DNA of 64,000 nt from an uncultured Gammaproteobacteria bacterium (lineage in GTDB: Bacteria; Pseudomonadota; Gammaproteobacteria; UBA9214). This document shows, piece by piece, positions 19,119-31,577 of the stretch. The position numbers were made by a program, and so were the translations under genes. The notes under the pieces were generated by a model. That model did not search any database. It saw nothing but the letters and a program-made list of their open reading frames with translations, and was not told the origin of the DNA. Location of the stretch: positions 8,190 through 72,189 of the forward strand of contig CAVWDM010000023.1 in the NCBI GenBank assembly GCA_963753755.1, read 5' to 3'. Position 1 is the stretch's first letter. The number at the start of each line of letters is the position of its first letter.

Positions 19119-20965
19119 GATGATGGACCCGGTAGATAGGCATCAAGGATGGCGCGGGCAACTGGTGCGGCGATAGAACCGCCGCCACCACCATGTTCGA
19201 TAATGACGGCCACCGCGATCTTCGGATTTTCAACGGGCGCGAAGGCAATGAACAGGGCATGGTCACGCAGTTCTTCCGGAATGGCCTCGGCATCGTATTT
19301 TTCTTCCTGCTTGAGCCCGTAGACCTGTGCCGTGCCAGTCTTCCCGGCAATTGTCCAGGGACTGTCTTCGCCAATTCTGCGTGCTGTGCCGCGAGCACTG
19401 TGTACTACGTCAGTCATGGCCTTGATGACGACGTCCCAGTGCTGCTGATCTCTGACGGTGATAGTGTCGAGGGGGCGTGGCTGGTGCGGCAACAGGTCAT
19501 CACTGTCGGCTTCCTGTTCGGCGTACACAATGTTCGGTTGCAGCAGCCGTCCACCGTTTGCCAGTGCCGCCGTCGCGGTGGCGAGTTGTATCGGCGTGAC
19601 CAGGAAAAATCCCTGGCCGATACCGGTTATGAGGGTTTCTCCAGGGAACCAGGGCTGATCGTGTCGGGCGCGCTTCCAGCTTCTTGACGGCAGCAGTCCT
19701 GACAGTTCCCCCTGGATATCTATTCCGCTTGCCTGGCCAAAGCCGAAGTTTTGCAGATACTCGTGAATGCGGTCTATCCCCAGCGACAGCGCCAGGTCGT
19801 AAAAGTAGACGTCGCAGGACTGCACAATGGATTTGTCAAGATCGACGGTGCCATGACCGGTGCGTTTCCAGTCACGGAACTTGCGCGTGTTGCCGGGCAG
19901 GGAATAGAACCCCGGACAGTAGGTGCTGGAATGGCGGGTGGCTACTCCTTCTTCAAGGCCTGCCAGCCCGACGAACGGCTTGATGGTCGAACCGGGTGGA
20001 TACTGGCCACGCAGGGCGCGGTTAAACAGCGGTTGTTTGCTGTTGTCGCGCAGGGCAGCATAATCGCCATGTTCGATTCCGTTTACAAATGCATTCGGGT
20101 CGTAGCTTGGCTGACTGACAAAAGCCAGAATGTCACCATTGTTTGGATCGATCGCAATTGCCGAGCCTGTGTAGCCTGTAAAGGCCTTTTCAGCGGCCGC
20201 CTGTACGCGGGAATCAATCGTCAGGTACAGGTTGCGTCCGGATACCGGCGGGGTGCGGCTGAGAACGCGGATGACCCGGCCCTGAGCGGTTGTTTCCACA
20301 TGCTGCAATCCAACGCTGCCATGCAGCACAGACTCATAGGTTTTTTCGAGCCCGATCTTGCCGAAATGGGAGGTGCCGCGGTAATTGGAGCTGTCCAGCT
20401 GATGCAGTGCCTTCTCATCGATGCGCCCCACGTAACCCAATGCATGTGCTGCCAGCGAACCGTGCGGATAATGACGTGACAGACCGGCAGCGATGTCGAC
20501 TCCGGGGAAACGGTGACGGTTGACGGAGAAGCGTGCAACCTCTTCATCACTCAAATGGAAACGCAACGGGATGGCTTCAAAGCGTGGTTTTCGTCTTAAC
20601 AGTTTTTCAAATCGGCTTCGATCGATGTCCCTGATTTCAATAACTTCCTCAAGCGCCCCGAGGGTGGCATCCATGTCATCGATCTGTTCCGGCGTGATTT
20701 CAAGTCGATAGGATGGCAGGTTTTCAGCGAGCAGGATGCCGTTGCGGTCGTAGATCAGGCCACGGTTGGGTGCTATCGGTTGCAGCTTGACACGGTTGTC
20801 TTCTGACAACGTTGTGAAGTGTTCGTGCGCCAGCACCTGCAGGTAGAACAGCCGTCCCAGTAAAACGGCCAGCAGCAGGGCACCGGCAATCAGTAACAGG
20901 ATGGCCCGGTTCATGACCAGCCGGGACTCGAAAAAATAATCCTTCAGGGTAATCTGGCGTGGCAT
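19115..20965 (-). CDS. mrdA: Penicillin-binding protein 2
   Basis: PNRGLIYDRNG, PPGSTIK, SCDVYFY, GKTGTAQ. Confidence 0.96.
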   Translation of the reverse strand: MPRQITLKDYFFESRLVMNRAILLLIAGALLLAVLLGRLFYLQVLAHEHFTTLSEDNRVKLQPIAPNRGLIYDRNGILLAENLPSYRLEITPEQIDDMDATLGALEEVIEIRDIDRSRFEKLLRRKPRFEAIPLRFHLSDEEVARFSVNRHRFPGVDIAAGLSRHYPHGSLAAHALGYVGRIDEKALHQLDSSNYRGTSHFGKIGLEKTYESVLHGSVGLQHVETTAQGRVIRVLSRTPPVSGRNLYLTIDSRVQAAAEKAFTGYTGSAIAIDPNNGDILAFVSQPSYDPNAFVNGIEHGDYAALRDNSKQPLFNRALRGQYPPGSTIKPFVGLAGLEEGVATRHSSTYCPGFYSLPGNTRKFRDWKRTGHGTVDLDKSIVQSCDVYFYDLALSLGIDRIHEYLQNFGFGQASGIDIQGELSGLLPSRSWKRARHDQPWFPGETLITGIGQGFFLVTPIQLATATAALANGGRLLQPNIVYAEQEADSDDLLPHQPRPLDTITVRDQQHWDVVIKAMTDVVHSARGTARRIGEDSPWTIAGKTGTAQVYGLKQEEKYDAEAIPEELRDHALFIAFAPVENPKIAVAVIIEHGGGGGSIAAPVARAILDAYLPGPSS

Positions 20966-20975
20966 GACGTGGCGC

Positions 20976-21464
20976 CTAGTTCACTCTGAAGCCACGACGC
21001 AGGCCGCGCAGCGTGGCATACACCAGCGGCCAGATGATCATACCCAGCACAGAGGGCATCCAGAAAAACCAGGGTGCGCCGGGACGACCGATAATGCGGC
21101 TAATCCACAGCGACAGTAACTGGTGCAGCACCAGCAATACCAGCACGGTCAGCGACTGTTGCCACACCGGTACCAGTCGCAGGCGCAGGTGGAATTTCAG
21201 GGCAATGTAGGCAACGACCGTCAGGGACAAGGCGTGCTGGCCAAGCAGGGTGCCGGTGAGCAGGTCAACCATCAGACCAAGGAACCAGCCAGTGGCAACG
21301 CCCACTCGTTCAGGTAATGCCATGCACCAGTAGATCAATACCAGGCCGACCCAGTCGGGTCGCATGTAGCGCGCCCAGTCGGGCAACGGGATGACGGTCA
21401 GCAACAGGGCGATGATAAAGGTGAAAACGATGACGCCGCCACCATGATGTCTGCCGCGTATCAT
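20976..21464 (-). CDS. mreD: Rod shape-determining protein MreD
   Basis: RPDWVGLVLIYW...LGQHAL; synteny. Confidence 0.94.
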   Translation of the reverse strand: MIRGRHHGGGVIVFTFIIALLLTVIPLPDWARYMRPDWVGLVLIYWCMALPERVGVATGWFLGLMVDLLTGTLLGQHALSLTVVAYIALKFHLRLRLVPVWQQSLTVLVLLVLHQLLSLWISRIIGRPGAPWFFWMPSVLGMIIWPLVYATLRGLRRGFRVN

Positions 21465-22411
21465 TCTGCTGCAGCCGCCGTTGCGTTTTCCGTGCTGTTG
21501 CTGTCCGCTGCTGCCTCTAGTGCAGTTTCACTGCTGTCTGATTCAGTGTCTGTTCTCGACGGTACATGATTGCTGGTTTCTATGACCGACGTCTGTCCCG
21601 GCCAGATCAACAATACTTCACGGCTGCGATTCAAATGCGCCAGTGGTGTCGCAACCACTGAGGAGAAGGCATTGCCGGGATCGTGCTGTACGGCGTTTAC
21701 AGTGGCTACAGGGTATCCGGGAGGAAAGCGTCCACCCAGGCCGGAGGTGATTAACAGGTCGCCGGGTTGAATATCAGCACTGTTGGGTATGTACGGCAGT
21801 TCCAGACGGTTGATGGCACCACTGCCCAGTGCGATCGAGCGCAGGCCGTTGCGGTTTACCTGCACCGGGATGGCGTGTGATGTGTCCGTGATGAGCATCG
21901 CCGTTGAGGAGTAGGGGCCAGCATGCACGATCTGTCCCATCACGCCTTCTGCGTCAACCAGCGGCTGACCGGTATATACACCGTGTATTTCGCCCTTATT
22001 AATCACAACCTGGTGTTTGTAGGGATCCAGGTTTACCGACATCAGTTCGGCAATAAGTACTTTCTCTCCGATTTCAAATGACGAATCCAGTAATTCACGC
22101 AGGCGAATATTTTCTGCCTGCAGTGCAGCAAACTTTTGCATCTGGGCTTTCTGCATGAATTGCTGTGTGCGCAGGCTGTCGACTTCTTCCTGCAGTTTGC
22201 GGCGGCCAGCCAATGACTCGTTGAGCCATTCGGTGAACGAGCCAGGCAGATCGACGCTTAACTGGATTGGATAGACCAGCAATGAAAGCCCGTCGCGCAC
22301 CGATTCAAGGCTCTTGTATCTGTGGTCCATTACCATCAATACCACCGATAGCGAAACCAGCACGAGCAGGCGCGTCGTGATGGATGGGCCTTGTGTAAAA
22401 ATAAGCTTGAT
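21461..22411 (-). CDS. mreC: Rod shape-determining protein MreC (probable ATC start)
   Basis: ENIRLRELL, TSGLGGRFP.GYPV; the frame continues 16 codons upstream of GTG 22363 as IKLIFTQGPS.... Confidence 0.92.
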   Translation of the reverse strand: MKLIFTQGPSITTRLLVLVSLSVVLMVMDHRYKSLESVRDGLSLLVYPIQLSVDLPGSFTEWLNESLAGRRKLQEEVDSLRTQQFMQKAQMQKFAALQAENIRLRELLDSSFEIGEKVLIAELMSVNLDPYKHQVVINKGEIHGVYTGQPLVDAEGVMGQIVHAGPYSSTAMLITDTSHAIPVQVNRNGLRSIALGSGAINRLELPYIPNSADIQPGDLLITSGLGGRFPPGYPVATVNAVQHDPGNAFSSVVATPLAHLNRSREVLLIWPGQTSVIETSNHVPSRTDTESDSSETALEAAADSNSTENATAAAAE

Positions 22412-22603
22412 CGGTCACCCCGTATTACTGTTATATGGCAGTGTCCTGCCAATCTCAGGGCGCTATTCTAGCCTAAGTTGAAATAGCGGATGCAATTTGC
22501 CCCTGCAGGTGCGTCTGATAGGGTGAAGGTATGCCTCACAAGGCTGCTCCGGCATTTTGTGCTACTCCGGCTCCATTACCCATGGGCATCGTGCGATCCG
22601 GGT

Positions 22604-23713
<1,110 letters not shown>

Positions 23714-23848
23714 TTAGGAGCAAGGAAATCGACTGAAAAACGTTGCCAGCCCTATACTGCCTGCCTGAATGTGAAGATGTACGTGATAAGCGATTGTGCT
23801 AACGTTGCGCCCCTGTTTTTTACATGAATGATCGACTACGGAGTGACC

Positions 23849-24136
23849 ATGGCGCTTGATGCCTCGGATGTTGAGAAGATTGCACACCTGGCGCGGCTCG
23901 GTATCAATGCCGATGATATTCCCGGATATGCCCGTAACCTTACGGATATCCTGGCCTTTGTGGAGGAGTTGAATAGTGTCGACACATCCGGTGTGGAGCC
24001 GCTGGCACACCCGTTCGAGGCCACCCAGCGACTGCGCGCAGACGTGGTGACGGAGTCTGATAATCGCGATCACTTCCAGCAGGTAGCACCCGAGACCGAG
24101 TCCGGACTGTATCTGGTGCCGCAGGTCATCGAGTAA
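23849..24136 (+). CDS. gatC: Asp/Glu-tRNA amidotransferase subunit C
   Basis: [10 protein letters not shown]...LRAD...YLVPQVIE. Confidence 0.95.
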   Translation: MALDASDVEKIAHLARLGINADDIPGYARNLTDILAFVEELNSVDTSGVEPLAHPFEATQRLRADVVTESDNRDHFQQVAPETESGLYLVPQVIE

Positions 24137-24214
24137 GTCGCTGTTTCATGCCCTGTTACCGGGTTAGTCAAGCGCAGCACGGGTCGGGCGCAGCGAACTG
24201 TCAGGAAACGTTTT

Positions 24215-25669
24215 ATGTACCAGAAAAGTCTAGTTGAACTTGCCGCTGATTTGCACCGCGGTATCTTCTCAAGTGAAGAGTTGACCCGTGCCTGCCTGCA
24301 GCGGATCAGTGCCCTTGATAAGCGCTTGAACAGCTTTGTGACCGTCACCGAGACACAAGCACTCGCCGCTGCGCAGGCGGCCGATGCCGCCATCAAGGCC
24401 GGCAAAGCCGGGCCGCTGACGGGTATCCCGTTTGCACACAAGGACATCTTTTGTACCAATGGCGTGAAGACCAGTTGCGGTTCAAGGATGCTGGATAACT
24501 TTATTGCCCCGTATGATGCGACCGTTACCGAGAAACTGCTTGAAGCCGGTGCCGTGATGATCGGCAAGACCAACATGGACGAATTCGCCATGGGCTCGTC
24601 CAATGAAACCAGTTTCTACGGGCCAGTCAGGAACCCCTGGGATGAAACGACGGTGCCGGGCGGGTCTTCCGGGGGCTCCGCCGCAGCGGTTGCGGCACGG
24701 CTGGTGCCGGCCAGTACCGGTACCGATACCGGTGGCTCGATTCGGCAACCGGCGGCGCTCTGCGGCATCACAGGGCTGAAGCCGACCTACGGTCGTGTCT
24801 CACGTTACGGCATGATTGCCTTTGCCTCCAGTCTCGATCAGGGTGGGCCGTTTGCGCGCTCAGCTGAGGACGCCGCCGTGATGCTGGCTGCCATGGCCGG
24901 GTTTGATGTGCGTGATTCCACCAGTGTGGATCGCCCGGTTGACGATTACGTTGCGCGGCTGAATGAGCCACTGCAAGGTCTGAGGATTGGCCTGCCGAAA
25001 GAATATTTTGGCGAAGGGCTGGATGCCGCCGTGGGGGATGCGGTCGCCGTGGCCATCGATGAATTCAAAAAACTCGGCGCCACGGTGGTGGATATCACCC
25101 TGCCGAATACGCACCTCTCGGTACCCGCCTATTATGTAGTGGCGCCGGCGGAGTGCTCATCCAACCTGTCGCGCTTTGACGGTGTGCGTTTCGGTCACCG
25201 TGCGGACAATCCACAAGACCTGCAGGACCTGTATACCCGCTCACGCGGTGAAGGTTTTGGTGACGAGGTGAAACGACGTATTCTGGTCGGCACCTATGCA
25301 CTGTCTGCCGGTTACTACGATGCCTACTATCTCAAGGCGCAGCAGGCGCGTCACCTGATACGCGACGATTTCCTGCAGGCCTTTGAGCAGGTCGATGTCA
25401 TCATGGGGCCGACGGCACCGTCGGTCGCCTTCAAACTGGGTGAAAAGGCGGATGATCCGGTCAGCATGTACCTGTCTGATATCTACACGATCGCCGTGAA
25501 CCTCGCGGGTTTACCGGCTATATCGGTACCTGCCGGGTTTTGCAATGGCTTGCCGGTTGGCTTGCAGATAATCGGTAATTATTTTGATGAAGCGCGCTTG
25601 CTGAATGTCGGGCACCGCTACCAGCAGGTAAGCGACTGGCATACGCGCTCCCCGCAAGGATTCGAATAA
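24215..25669 (+). CDS. gatA: Asp/Glu-tRNA amidotransferase subunit A
   Basis: [31 protein letters not shown]. Confidence 0.97.
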   Translation: MYQKSLVELAADLHRGIFSSEELTRACLQRISALDKRLNSFVTVTETQALAAAQAADAAIKAGKAGPLTGIPFAHKDIFCTNGVKTSCGSRMLDNFIAPYDATVTEKLLEAGAVMIGKTNMDEFAMGSSNETSFYGPVRNPWDETTVPGGSSGGSAAAVAARLVPASTGTDTGGSIRQPAALCGITGLKPTYGRVSRYGMIAFASSLDQGGPFARSAEDAAVMLAAMAGFDVRDSTSVDRPVDDYVARLNEPLQGLRIGLPKEYFGEGLDAAVGDAVAVAIDEFKKLGATVVDITLPNTHLSVPAYYVVAPAECSSNLSRFDGVRFGHRADNPQDLQDLYTRSRGEGFGDEVKRRILVGTYALSAGYYDAYYLKAQQARHLIRDDFLQAFEQVDVIMGPTAPSVAFKLGEKADDPVSMYLSDIYTIAVNLAGLPAISVPAGFCNGLPVGLQIIGNYFDEARLLNVGHRYQQVSDWHTRSPQGFE

Positions 25670-27105
25670 TGGAATGGGAGACGGTTATCGGGCTGGAGAT
25701 TCATACCCAGCTCGCCACCAGCAGCAAGATCTTTTCAGGCGCATCAACCACCTATGGCGCAGAACCCAATACCCAGGCGTGTGCTGTTGACCTGGGTTTG
25801 CCAGGCGTGTTGCCGGTCCTGAATAAGGAAGTGGTGCGCATGGCCGCGATGTTCGGACTGGCGACGCATTCCACGGTTGCGCCGCGCTCGGTGTTTGCGC
25901 GCAAGAATTATTTCTACCCGGACCTTCCCAAAGGTTACCAGATCAGCCAGTTTGAACTGCCGATTGTGCATGACGGCTACCTGGACATCGAGCTGGACGA
26001 TGGCAGCAGCAAACGCATCGGAATTACGCGTGCACATCTGGAAGAAGATGCCGGTAAATCCCTGCATGAGGCTTACCTGGGCAAGACCGGTATTGACCTG
26101 AACCGTGCCGGTACACCGCTGCTGGAGATTGTCTCCGAGCCGGATATCCGTTCGGCGAAGGAAGCCGTTGCCTACATGAAGAAGATACACTCGCTGGTGC
26201 GTTACCTGGGTATTAGCGACGGCAACATGCAGGAAGGTTCCTTCCGTTGCGATGCCAATGTGTCGGTGCGTCCGCAGGGCCAGGACACGTTCGGTACCCG
26301 CGCAGAAATCAAGAATATCAATTCGTTCCGTTTCATTGAACAGGCCATCAATTACGAGGTTGAACGCCAGATCATGCTGCTTGAAGGTGGTGGCACGGTG
26401 GTGCAGGAAACCCGCCTGTTCGATGCAGACCGGCACGAAACCCGCTCCATGCGTTCCAAGGAAGAGGCCAACGATTACCGTTACTTCCCGGACCCTGACC
26501 TGTTGCCAGTGGAACTGGACGAGGCGTTTCTGGAAGCCGTGAGGAAAACCCTGCCGGAACTGCCGGATGCCCGAAAGGAACGTCTTGTCAGTGAGCATGG
26601 ACTGTCGGAGTACGATGCCGGTGTGCTGACCGCCGCGCGCGAGCTGGCGGATTACTTCGAGGCTGCAGTGCAGGCCGCGGGTGGGGCGGGGAAGTTGACC
26701 GCCAACTGGGTCATGGGTGAGTTGTCCGCAGCGCTCAACAAAAGTGACTGCGATATTGGCAGCAGCCCGGTCAGTGCCGCGGCGCTCGGCGGCCTGTTGC
26801 TGCGCATCGAGGATGGCACCATCTCAGGAAAAATTGCCAAGCAGGTATTCGAGGCGATGTGGAACAGCGAAGGCTCGGCTGATGACATTATCGAACAACA
26901 GGGGCTCAAGCAGATATCCGATTCCTCTGCAATAGAGGGGATTATCAGGGATGTGCTGGAGAACAATCCAAAACAGGTTGAACAATACCGTGGCGGGCAA
27001 CAAAAGTTATTCGGCTTTTTCGTCGGCCAGGTCATGAAAGCTACCCAGGGCAAGGCCAACCCGAAACAGGTCAACGAACTGCTGAGGAAACTGCTGGATA
27101 ACTGA
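25669..27105 (+). CDS. gatB: Asp/Glu-tRNA amidotransferase subunit B
   Basis: [33 protein letters not shown]. Confidence 0.97.
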   Translation: MEWETVIGLEIHTQLATSSKIFSGASTTYGAEPNTQACAVDLGLPGVLPVLNKEVVRMAAMFGLATHSTVAPRSVFARKNYFYPDLPKGYQISQFELPIVHDGYLDIELDDGSSKRIGITRAHLEEDAGKSLHEAYLGKTGIDLNRAGTPLLEIVSEPDIRSAKEAVAYMKKIHSLVRYLGISDGNMQEGSFRCDANVSVRPQGQDTFGTRAEIKNINSFRFIEQAINYEVERQIMLLEGGGTVVQETRLFDADRHETRSMRSKEEANDYRYFPDPDLLPVELDEAFLEAVRKTLPELPDARKERLVSEHGLSEYDAGVLTAARELADYFEAAVQAAGGAGKLTANWVMGELSAALNKSDCDIGSSPVSAAALGGLLLRIEDGTISGKIAKQVFEAMWNSEGSADDIIEQQGLKQISDSSAIEGIIRDVLENNPKQVEQYRGGQQKLFGFFVGQVMKATQGKANPKQVNELLRKLLDN

Positions 27106-27205
27106 TCACGGCGTCTTTGAAACGGCATCCTGGCCGTGATTGATCTCCTGCCGGGGACGGTGCTCCAGCAGTATTCCCTGGCTTCAACATGAATTATCCA
27201 AATCA

Positions 27206-28348
27206 ATGAAAATCATTGCCGATGAAAATATTCCCTGTGTGGAGCAGGCGTTTGCATCCCTGGGCGAGGTGACCCTGCTGCCGGGACGCGGCATGAAGGC
27301 AGAACAGGTGCGCGCTGCGGATATCCTGCTGGTGCGCTCGGTCACGCGGGTTGACGCATCTCTGCTGCAAGGGTCGTCGGTGCGCTTTGTAGGATCCGCC
27401 ACCATCGGCTTTGATCACGTTGATCGCGATTTTCTGCAGCAGCGGGACATTGGTTTTGCAACGGCACCGGGCAGTAATGCTACCTCGGCGGCCGAGTACG
27501 TGGTCAGCGCCCTGATGGTGCTATCCGGGCAGAAAGGTTTCGGGCTGGCAGGTAAAACGGTCGGTATCATCGGTTGCGGCAATGTCGGCTCACGCGTGCG
27601 CCGCAAGCTTGCTGTACTGGGCATGGATTGTCTGGTCAATGATCCGCCGTTGCAGGCAAGCGCCGGCGACGATGGCTTTGTATCGCTCGACGAGGTATTG
27701 CAGGCTGATATCGTGACGCTGCATGTACCGTTAATCAAGGATGGTCCACACCCGACAGCTCACCTCATCAATGCAGCAGTTCTGGAGCGACTGAAAGCGG
27801 GCGCGATTCTGGTAAATACCTCCAGGGGGGCGGTCGCTGATAACCGCGCACTTGATGCACTGCTGGCGACGCGTGATGACCTGTCAGTCGTGCTCGATGT
27901 CTGGGAAAACGAGCCAGCCATCAGTGCCACTTTGTTGCAGAAGGTCGCCCTGGGAACAGCGCACATTGCCGGCTACAGTTACGATGGCAAGTTGCGGGGT
28001 ACCGAAATGATTTGCCGTGCCGCCTGCGACTATTTTGCCATGCCCGTGCAATGGCGCGCGACCGATGAACTGGCACGTGCGGCAAGCATCGACCTGCGGA
28101 ACCACGATACCGATGATGTACACGCGCTCGCGAGGGCGGCGGTTCTTGCCTGTTACGATGTACGTGAGGATGACGCACGGCTGCGCGCGGCGCTATCGCT
28201 GCCTGCCACGGAGCGTGCCCGGGCATTTGACCGCCTGCGCAAGGACTACCCGCTGAGGCGTGAATTCAGTGAATCGACCGTGCTGCTGCATGAGCCGGCC
28301 GGCGCCCCCGGTCAGTTGCTATCCGGCCTCGGCTTCGTGGTGGCGTAG
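27206..28348 (+). CDS. pdxB: Erythronate-4-phosphate dehydrogenase
   Basis: MKIIADENIP, LVRSVT, GCGNVG, HIAGYS, FDRLRKDYPLRRE. Confidence 0.93.
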   Translation: MKIIADENIPCVEQAFASLGEVTLLPGRGMKAEQVRAADILLVRSVTRVDASLLQGSSVRFVGSATIGFDHVDRDFLQQRDIGFATAPGSNATSAAEYVVSALMVLSGQKGFGLAGKTVGIIGCGNVGSRVRRKLAVLGMDCLVNDPPLQASAGDDGFVSLDEVLQADIVTLHVPLIKDGPHPTAHLINAAVLERLKAGAILVNTSRGAVADNRALDALLATRDDLSVVLDVWENEPAISATLLQKVALGTAHIAGYSYDGKLRGTEMICRAACDYFAMPVQWRATDELARAASIDLRNHDTDDVHALARAAVLACYDVREDDARLRAALSLPATERARAFDRLRKDYPLRREFSESTVLLHEPAGAPGQLLSGLGFVVA

Positions 28349-28362
28349 GACGCATTTGCGAG

Positions 28363-29103
28363 TCAGCCGCAGACGCGGCAGGCAGGATCACGCGCAAGTG
28401 TCAAGGTGCGCCATTCGTGCAGCAGTCCGTCAAAGACGACCAGCCGGCCGCACAGGCTGTTACCCAGTGAGAGGATAATCTTGACGGCTTCCAGTGCCTG
28501 CATGGAGCCGATGATTCCGACCAGCGGTGAGAGTATACCGGTCTCGGCACAGGTCTGCTCTTCATCCTCGCCTTGCTTGTAGAGGCAGCTGTAGCAGGGG
28601 CTGTCGTGCTTTCGCGAATCAAACACGGCCAGTTGTCCCTCGAAGCGGATTGCGGCCCCGGACACCAGCGGTGTGTGCTCGCGGACACATGCCGCATTAA
28701 CATTGAAACGCGTGGCGAAGTTATCGCTGCAGTCCAGCACCACATCGGCAAGCCGTACCTGTTCGTCGAGTCGTTCTCCCTGCAGTGAACAGGGCAGGGT
28801 ATTGACCCGTGTGTCTGGATTGATCGAGTGCAGGGTCTCGCAGGCTGAGGTCACCTTTTTACGGCCGATGTCAGTGTTGCGATGTAACAGCTGGCGTTGC
28901 AGGTTACTCAGGTCCACTACGTCATGGTCGGCGATCGTCAGCTGTCCGATACCGGCGGCGGCGAGGTACATTGCCGCGGGTGAGCCGAGTCCGCCGGCAC
29001 CGATAATCAGGGCCCTGCTCGCCAGCAGATTCTCCTGCCCGGTAAGCTCAACCTGCGGCAGCATGATGTGTCTGCTGTAACGAAGCAGCTGGTCATCATT
29101 CAT
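28363..29103 (-). CDS. moeB: MoeB/ThiF family adenylyltransferase
   Basis: RYSRHI, GAGGLG, SNLQRQ, two CxxC motifs. Confidence 0.88.
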   Translation of the reverse strand: MNDDQLLRYSRHIMLPQVELTGQENLLASRALIIGAGGLGSPAAMYLAAAGIGQLTIADHDVVDLSNLQRQLLHRNTDIGRKKVTSACETLHSINPDTRVNTLPCSLQGERLDEQVRLADVVLDCSDNFATRFNVNAACVREHTPLVSGAAIRFEGQLAVFDSRKHDSPCYSCLYKQGEDEEQTCAETGILSPLVGIIGSMQALEAVKIILSLGNSLCGRLVVFDGLLHEWRTLTLARDPACRVCG

Positions 29104-29210
29104 GGTTTTTCATGGTGTGATAGCAGGACGCCGTCTGTAAACGTTATTACACGAAGTCCGTATATTTACAGTGCTGTGCAGAGGGTGTGAGATGCCTTAT
29201 TCATGCGCGC

Positions 29211-29603
29211 CTACAGGTAGCGCCGCAAGTATTCCGGACGACGATCTCGGCAACCATGGGGGCGGTGCAGGTATCGGGTGATAAACGCATCCCGGGTGTA
29301 CTCGGCCTGGTCATGTCTGCAACTGGTGCACTCAATGTCCTCGATGTAGTAACACAGGGCGCGCATGGTCCGGCAGACGAGACTGGTGCGCAGCGTGTAG
29401 CCAAACTCGGTGAGCAGTGCCTCGAGTATCTGCAGCTTGATTTCGCGAACATTGTAGCTGACCAGCAAGTGGTCCGAGCGGGCAACCTGTACATTGATTA
29501 TCCCCCTGGCATTGCGCAGCAGGTCAGCGGCCGAGTTCGCGTAATCGGGGTCCTGGCTTGGTTCGATCAGCCAGATGGAACGCTGTCTCAGTTTTTTACC
29601 CAT
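29211..29603 (-). CDS. Hypothetical protein
   Basis: Co-oriented between prmC and moeB; C-terminus HGCRDRRPEYLRRYL. Confidence 0.6.
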   Translation of the reverse strand: MGKKLRQRSIWLIEPSQDPDYANSAADLLRNARGIINVQVARSDHLLVSYNVREIKLQILEALLTEFGYTLRTSLVCRTMRALCYYIEDIECTSCRHDQAEYTRDAFITRYLHRPHGCRDRRPEYLRRYL

Positions 29604-29645
29604 AGTCCAATCCTAGCGCTGCGTGTGAAAAATACAAGCATCATG

Positions 29646-30500
29646 CTACCGGCCATACCTGCCGGCAATGACGCGATCCTGACCCGCGTCATCCGTGTAG
29701 TCGATAACATCCATAAAACCACTGTGTTCGAGTAATTCCCGGGCCTGCACACCCTGGTCGTAACCGTGCTCCATCAGCAACCAGCCACCGGCTTGCAGGT
29801 GATTGGCAGCACAGCGTGTAATACGTATCAGGTCATCCATTCCCTGTGGACCGGCGACGAGTGCGCTGCGCGGTTCAAAACGGACATCGTCCGCCAGCAG
29901 GTGCGGGTCCGCTTCGGCAATGTAGGGTGGATTGCTGACGATCATGTTGAACTGCATACCAGCCAGAGGTCCACACCAGTCACCGGTGAGGAAGGCGATG
30001 GAGTGAATGCCGAGTTGCCGTGCATTGTGGCGGGCTGTCTCGATGGCGGCCGCGGCAATGTCCGTAGCAATAATTTGACAGTGTGGGCGTTCACGGGCGA
30101 TGGCAAGTGCAATGGCGCCGCTGCCGGTACCCAGGTCGGCGATTAGTTGCGGCCGGTCCGCAGGTATCCGTTGCAATGCCTGAACAACCAGTGTTTCTGT
30201 CTCCGGACGCGGAATCAGGGTGTCTGTGCTAACAGACAGCGCCAGTGACCAGAATTCGCGTTCCCCGGTCAGGTACGCGACCGGCTCACCGTTGAGCCGG
30301 CGTTGCAGCAGTTGATCAAAGTGCTTGAGGCTCTCGGCGGGCAACAGTTTTTCCGGCCAGGCATGAAAGTGGCTGCGGGGTAACTGCAATACATGTTCCA
30401 GCAATACCTCGGCATCGAGTCTTGCCGATTCCGTGTGCAGCCGTCCTGTGGCCTGTTCCAGCAGTTGCTTGATCGAAACCGGATCAGACGCCTGATTCAT
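29646..30500 (-). CDS. prmC: Release factor glutamine methyltransferase
   Basis: [20 protein letters not shown]. Confidence 0.96.
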   Translation of the reverse strand: MNQASDPVSIKQLLEQATGRLHTESARLDAEVLLEHVLQLPRSHFHAWPEKLLPAESLKHFDQLLQRRLNGEPVAYLTGEREFWSLALSVSTDTLIPRPETETLVVQALQRIPADRPQLIADLGTGSGAIALAIARERPHCQIIATDIAAAAIETARHNARQLGIHSIAFLTGDWCGPLAGMQFNMIVSNPPYIAEADPHLLADDVRFEPRSALVAGPQGMDDLIRITRCAANHLQAGGWLLMEHGYDQGVQARELLEHSGFMDVIDYTDDAGQDRVIAGRYGR

Positions 30501-31575
30501 TGAGTGCGGTCAGTTGATCGGCCTGGTATTCGTTAATCAGTGGTTCAATGGCAAGATCCAGGTTGCCGGCCATGAAGTCGTCAAGCTTGTAGACGGTCAG
30601 GTTGATGCGGTGATCGGTCATGCGTCCCTGCGGGAAATTATAGGTGCGGATACGCTCAGAGCGATCGCCACTGCCGACCAGCGAGCGCCGTGCCTCGGTT
30701 TCCTCGGCCTTCTGCTTGGCCAGTTGCGTGTCCAGCAGTTTTGCCGACAGCAGTGATAGCGCGCGGGCCCGGTTCTTGTGCTGCGAGCGTTCATCCTGGC
30801 ACTCCACCACGATGCCGCTTGGCAGGTGTGTCAGGCGGATCGCCGAGTCAGTCTTGTTGACGTGCTGGCCACCGGCACCGGAAGCGCGAAAGGTGTCGAC
30901 CTTCAGGTCTGCCGGGTTGATGTCTACCGGGTCGATATCGCCGGCCTCGGGGAGGATGGCAACGGTTGCAGCCGAGGTGTGTATGCGTCCCTGGGACTCG
31001 GTTTCCGGGACGCGCTGTACCCGGTGGGCACCGGATTCAAATTTCAGCCGCGAGTATGCGCCCTGGCCGACAATGCGTGCGATGATCTCCTTGTAGCCAC
31101 CGTGTTCACCGGCGCTTTCACTGATCACTTCCACCTGCCACTTGTTGAGCTCGGCATAACGTACGTACATGCGAAACAGGTCACCGGCAAAGATGGCTGC
31201 TTCATCGCCGCCGGTACCGGCACGTATCTCAAGGAAGATGTTGCTGTCGTCATGCGGGTCTTGCGGCAGCAGTAGCTTTTGCAGTTCCAGTTCCAGTGCT
31301 TCGGAACGTTCGCGCGCTTCTTTTAGTTCCTCCTCGGCCATGTTTTTCATATCCGGGTCCGGATCTTTGAGCATTTCCTGTGCCGAGAGGGTGTCGTCCC
31401 GGGTTTGCTGCCAGGCCCTGAAGCTGTCGACCACCGGGGTGAGTTGCGCGTATTCCATGGAAAGGTTGCGGTACTTGTCCTGATCGGAGATTATTTCTGC
31501 ATCGGCCAGCAGTGCACTGACCTCGGACAGGCGTTCTTCGATGTGCTGAAGTTTACTGATGATGCTTGCTTGCAT
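30484..31575 (-). CDS. prfA: Peptide chain release factor 1
   Basis: GGQ motif, VQRVPETE (PxT), RTYNFPQ; start ATG 31575. Confidence 0.97.
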   Translation of the reverse strand: MQASIISKLQHIEERLSEVSALLADAEIISDQDKYRNLSMEYAQLTPVVDSFRAWQQTRDDTLSAQEMLKDPDPDMKNMAEEELKEARERSEALELELQKLLLPQDPHDDSNIFLEIRAGTGGDEAAIFAGDLFRMYVRYAELNKWQVEVISESAGEHGGYKEIIARIVGQGAYSRLKFESGAHRVQRVPETESQGRIHTSAATVAILPEAGDIDPVDINPADLKVDTFRASGAGGQHVNKTDSAIRLTHLPSGIVVECQDERSQHKNRARALSLLSAKLLDTQLAKQKAEETEARRSLVGSGDRSERIRTYNFPQGRMTDHRINLTVYKLDDFMAGNLDLAIEPLINEYQADQLTALNESGV

Positions 31576-31577
31576 GA

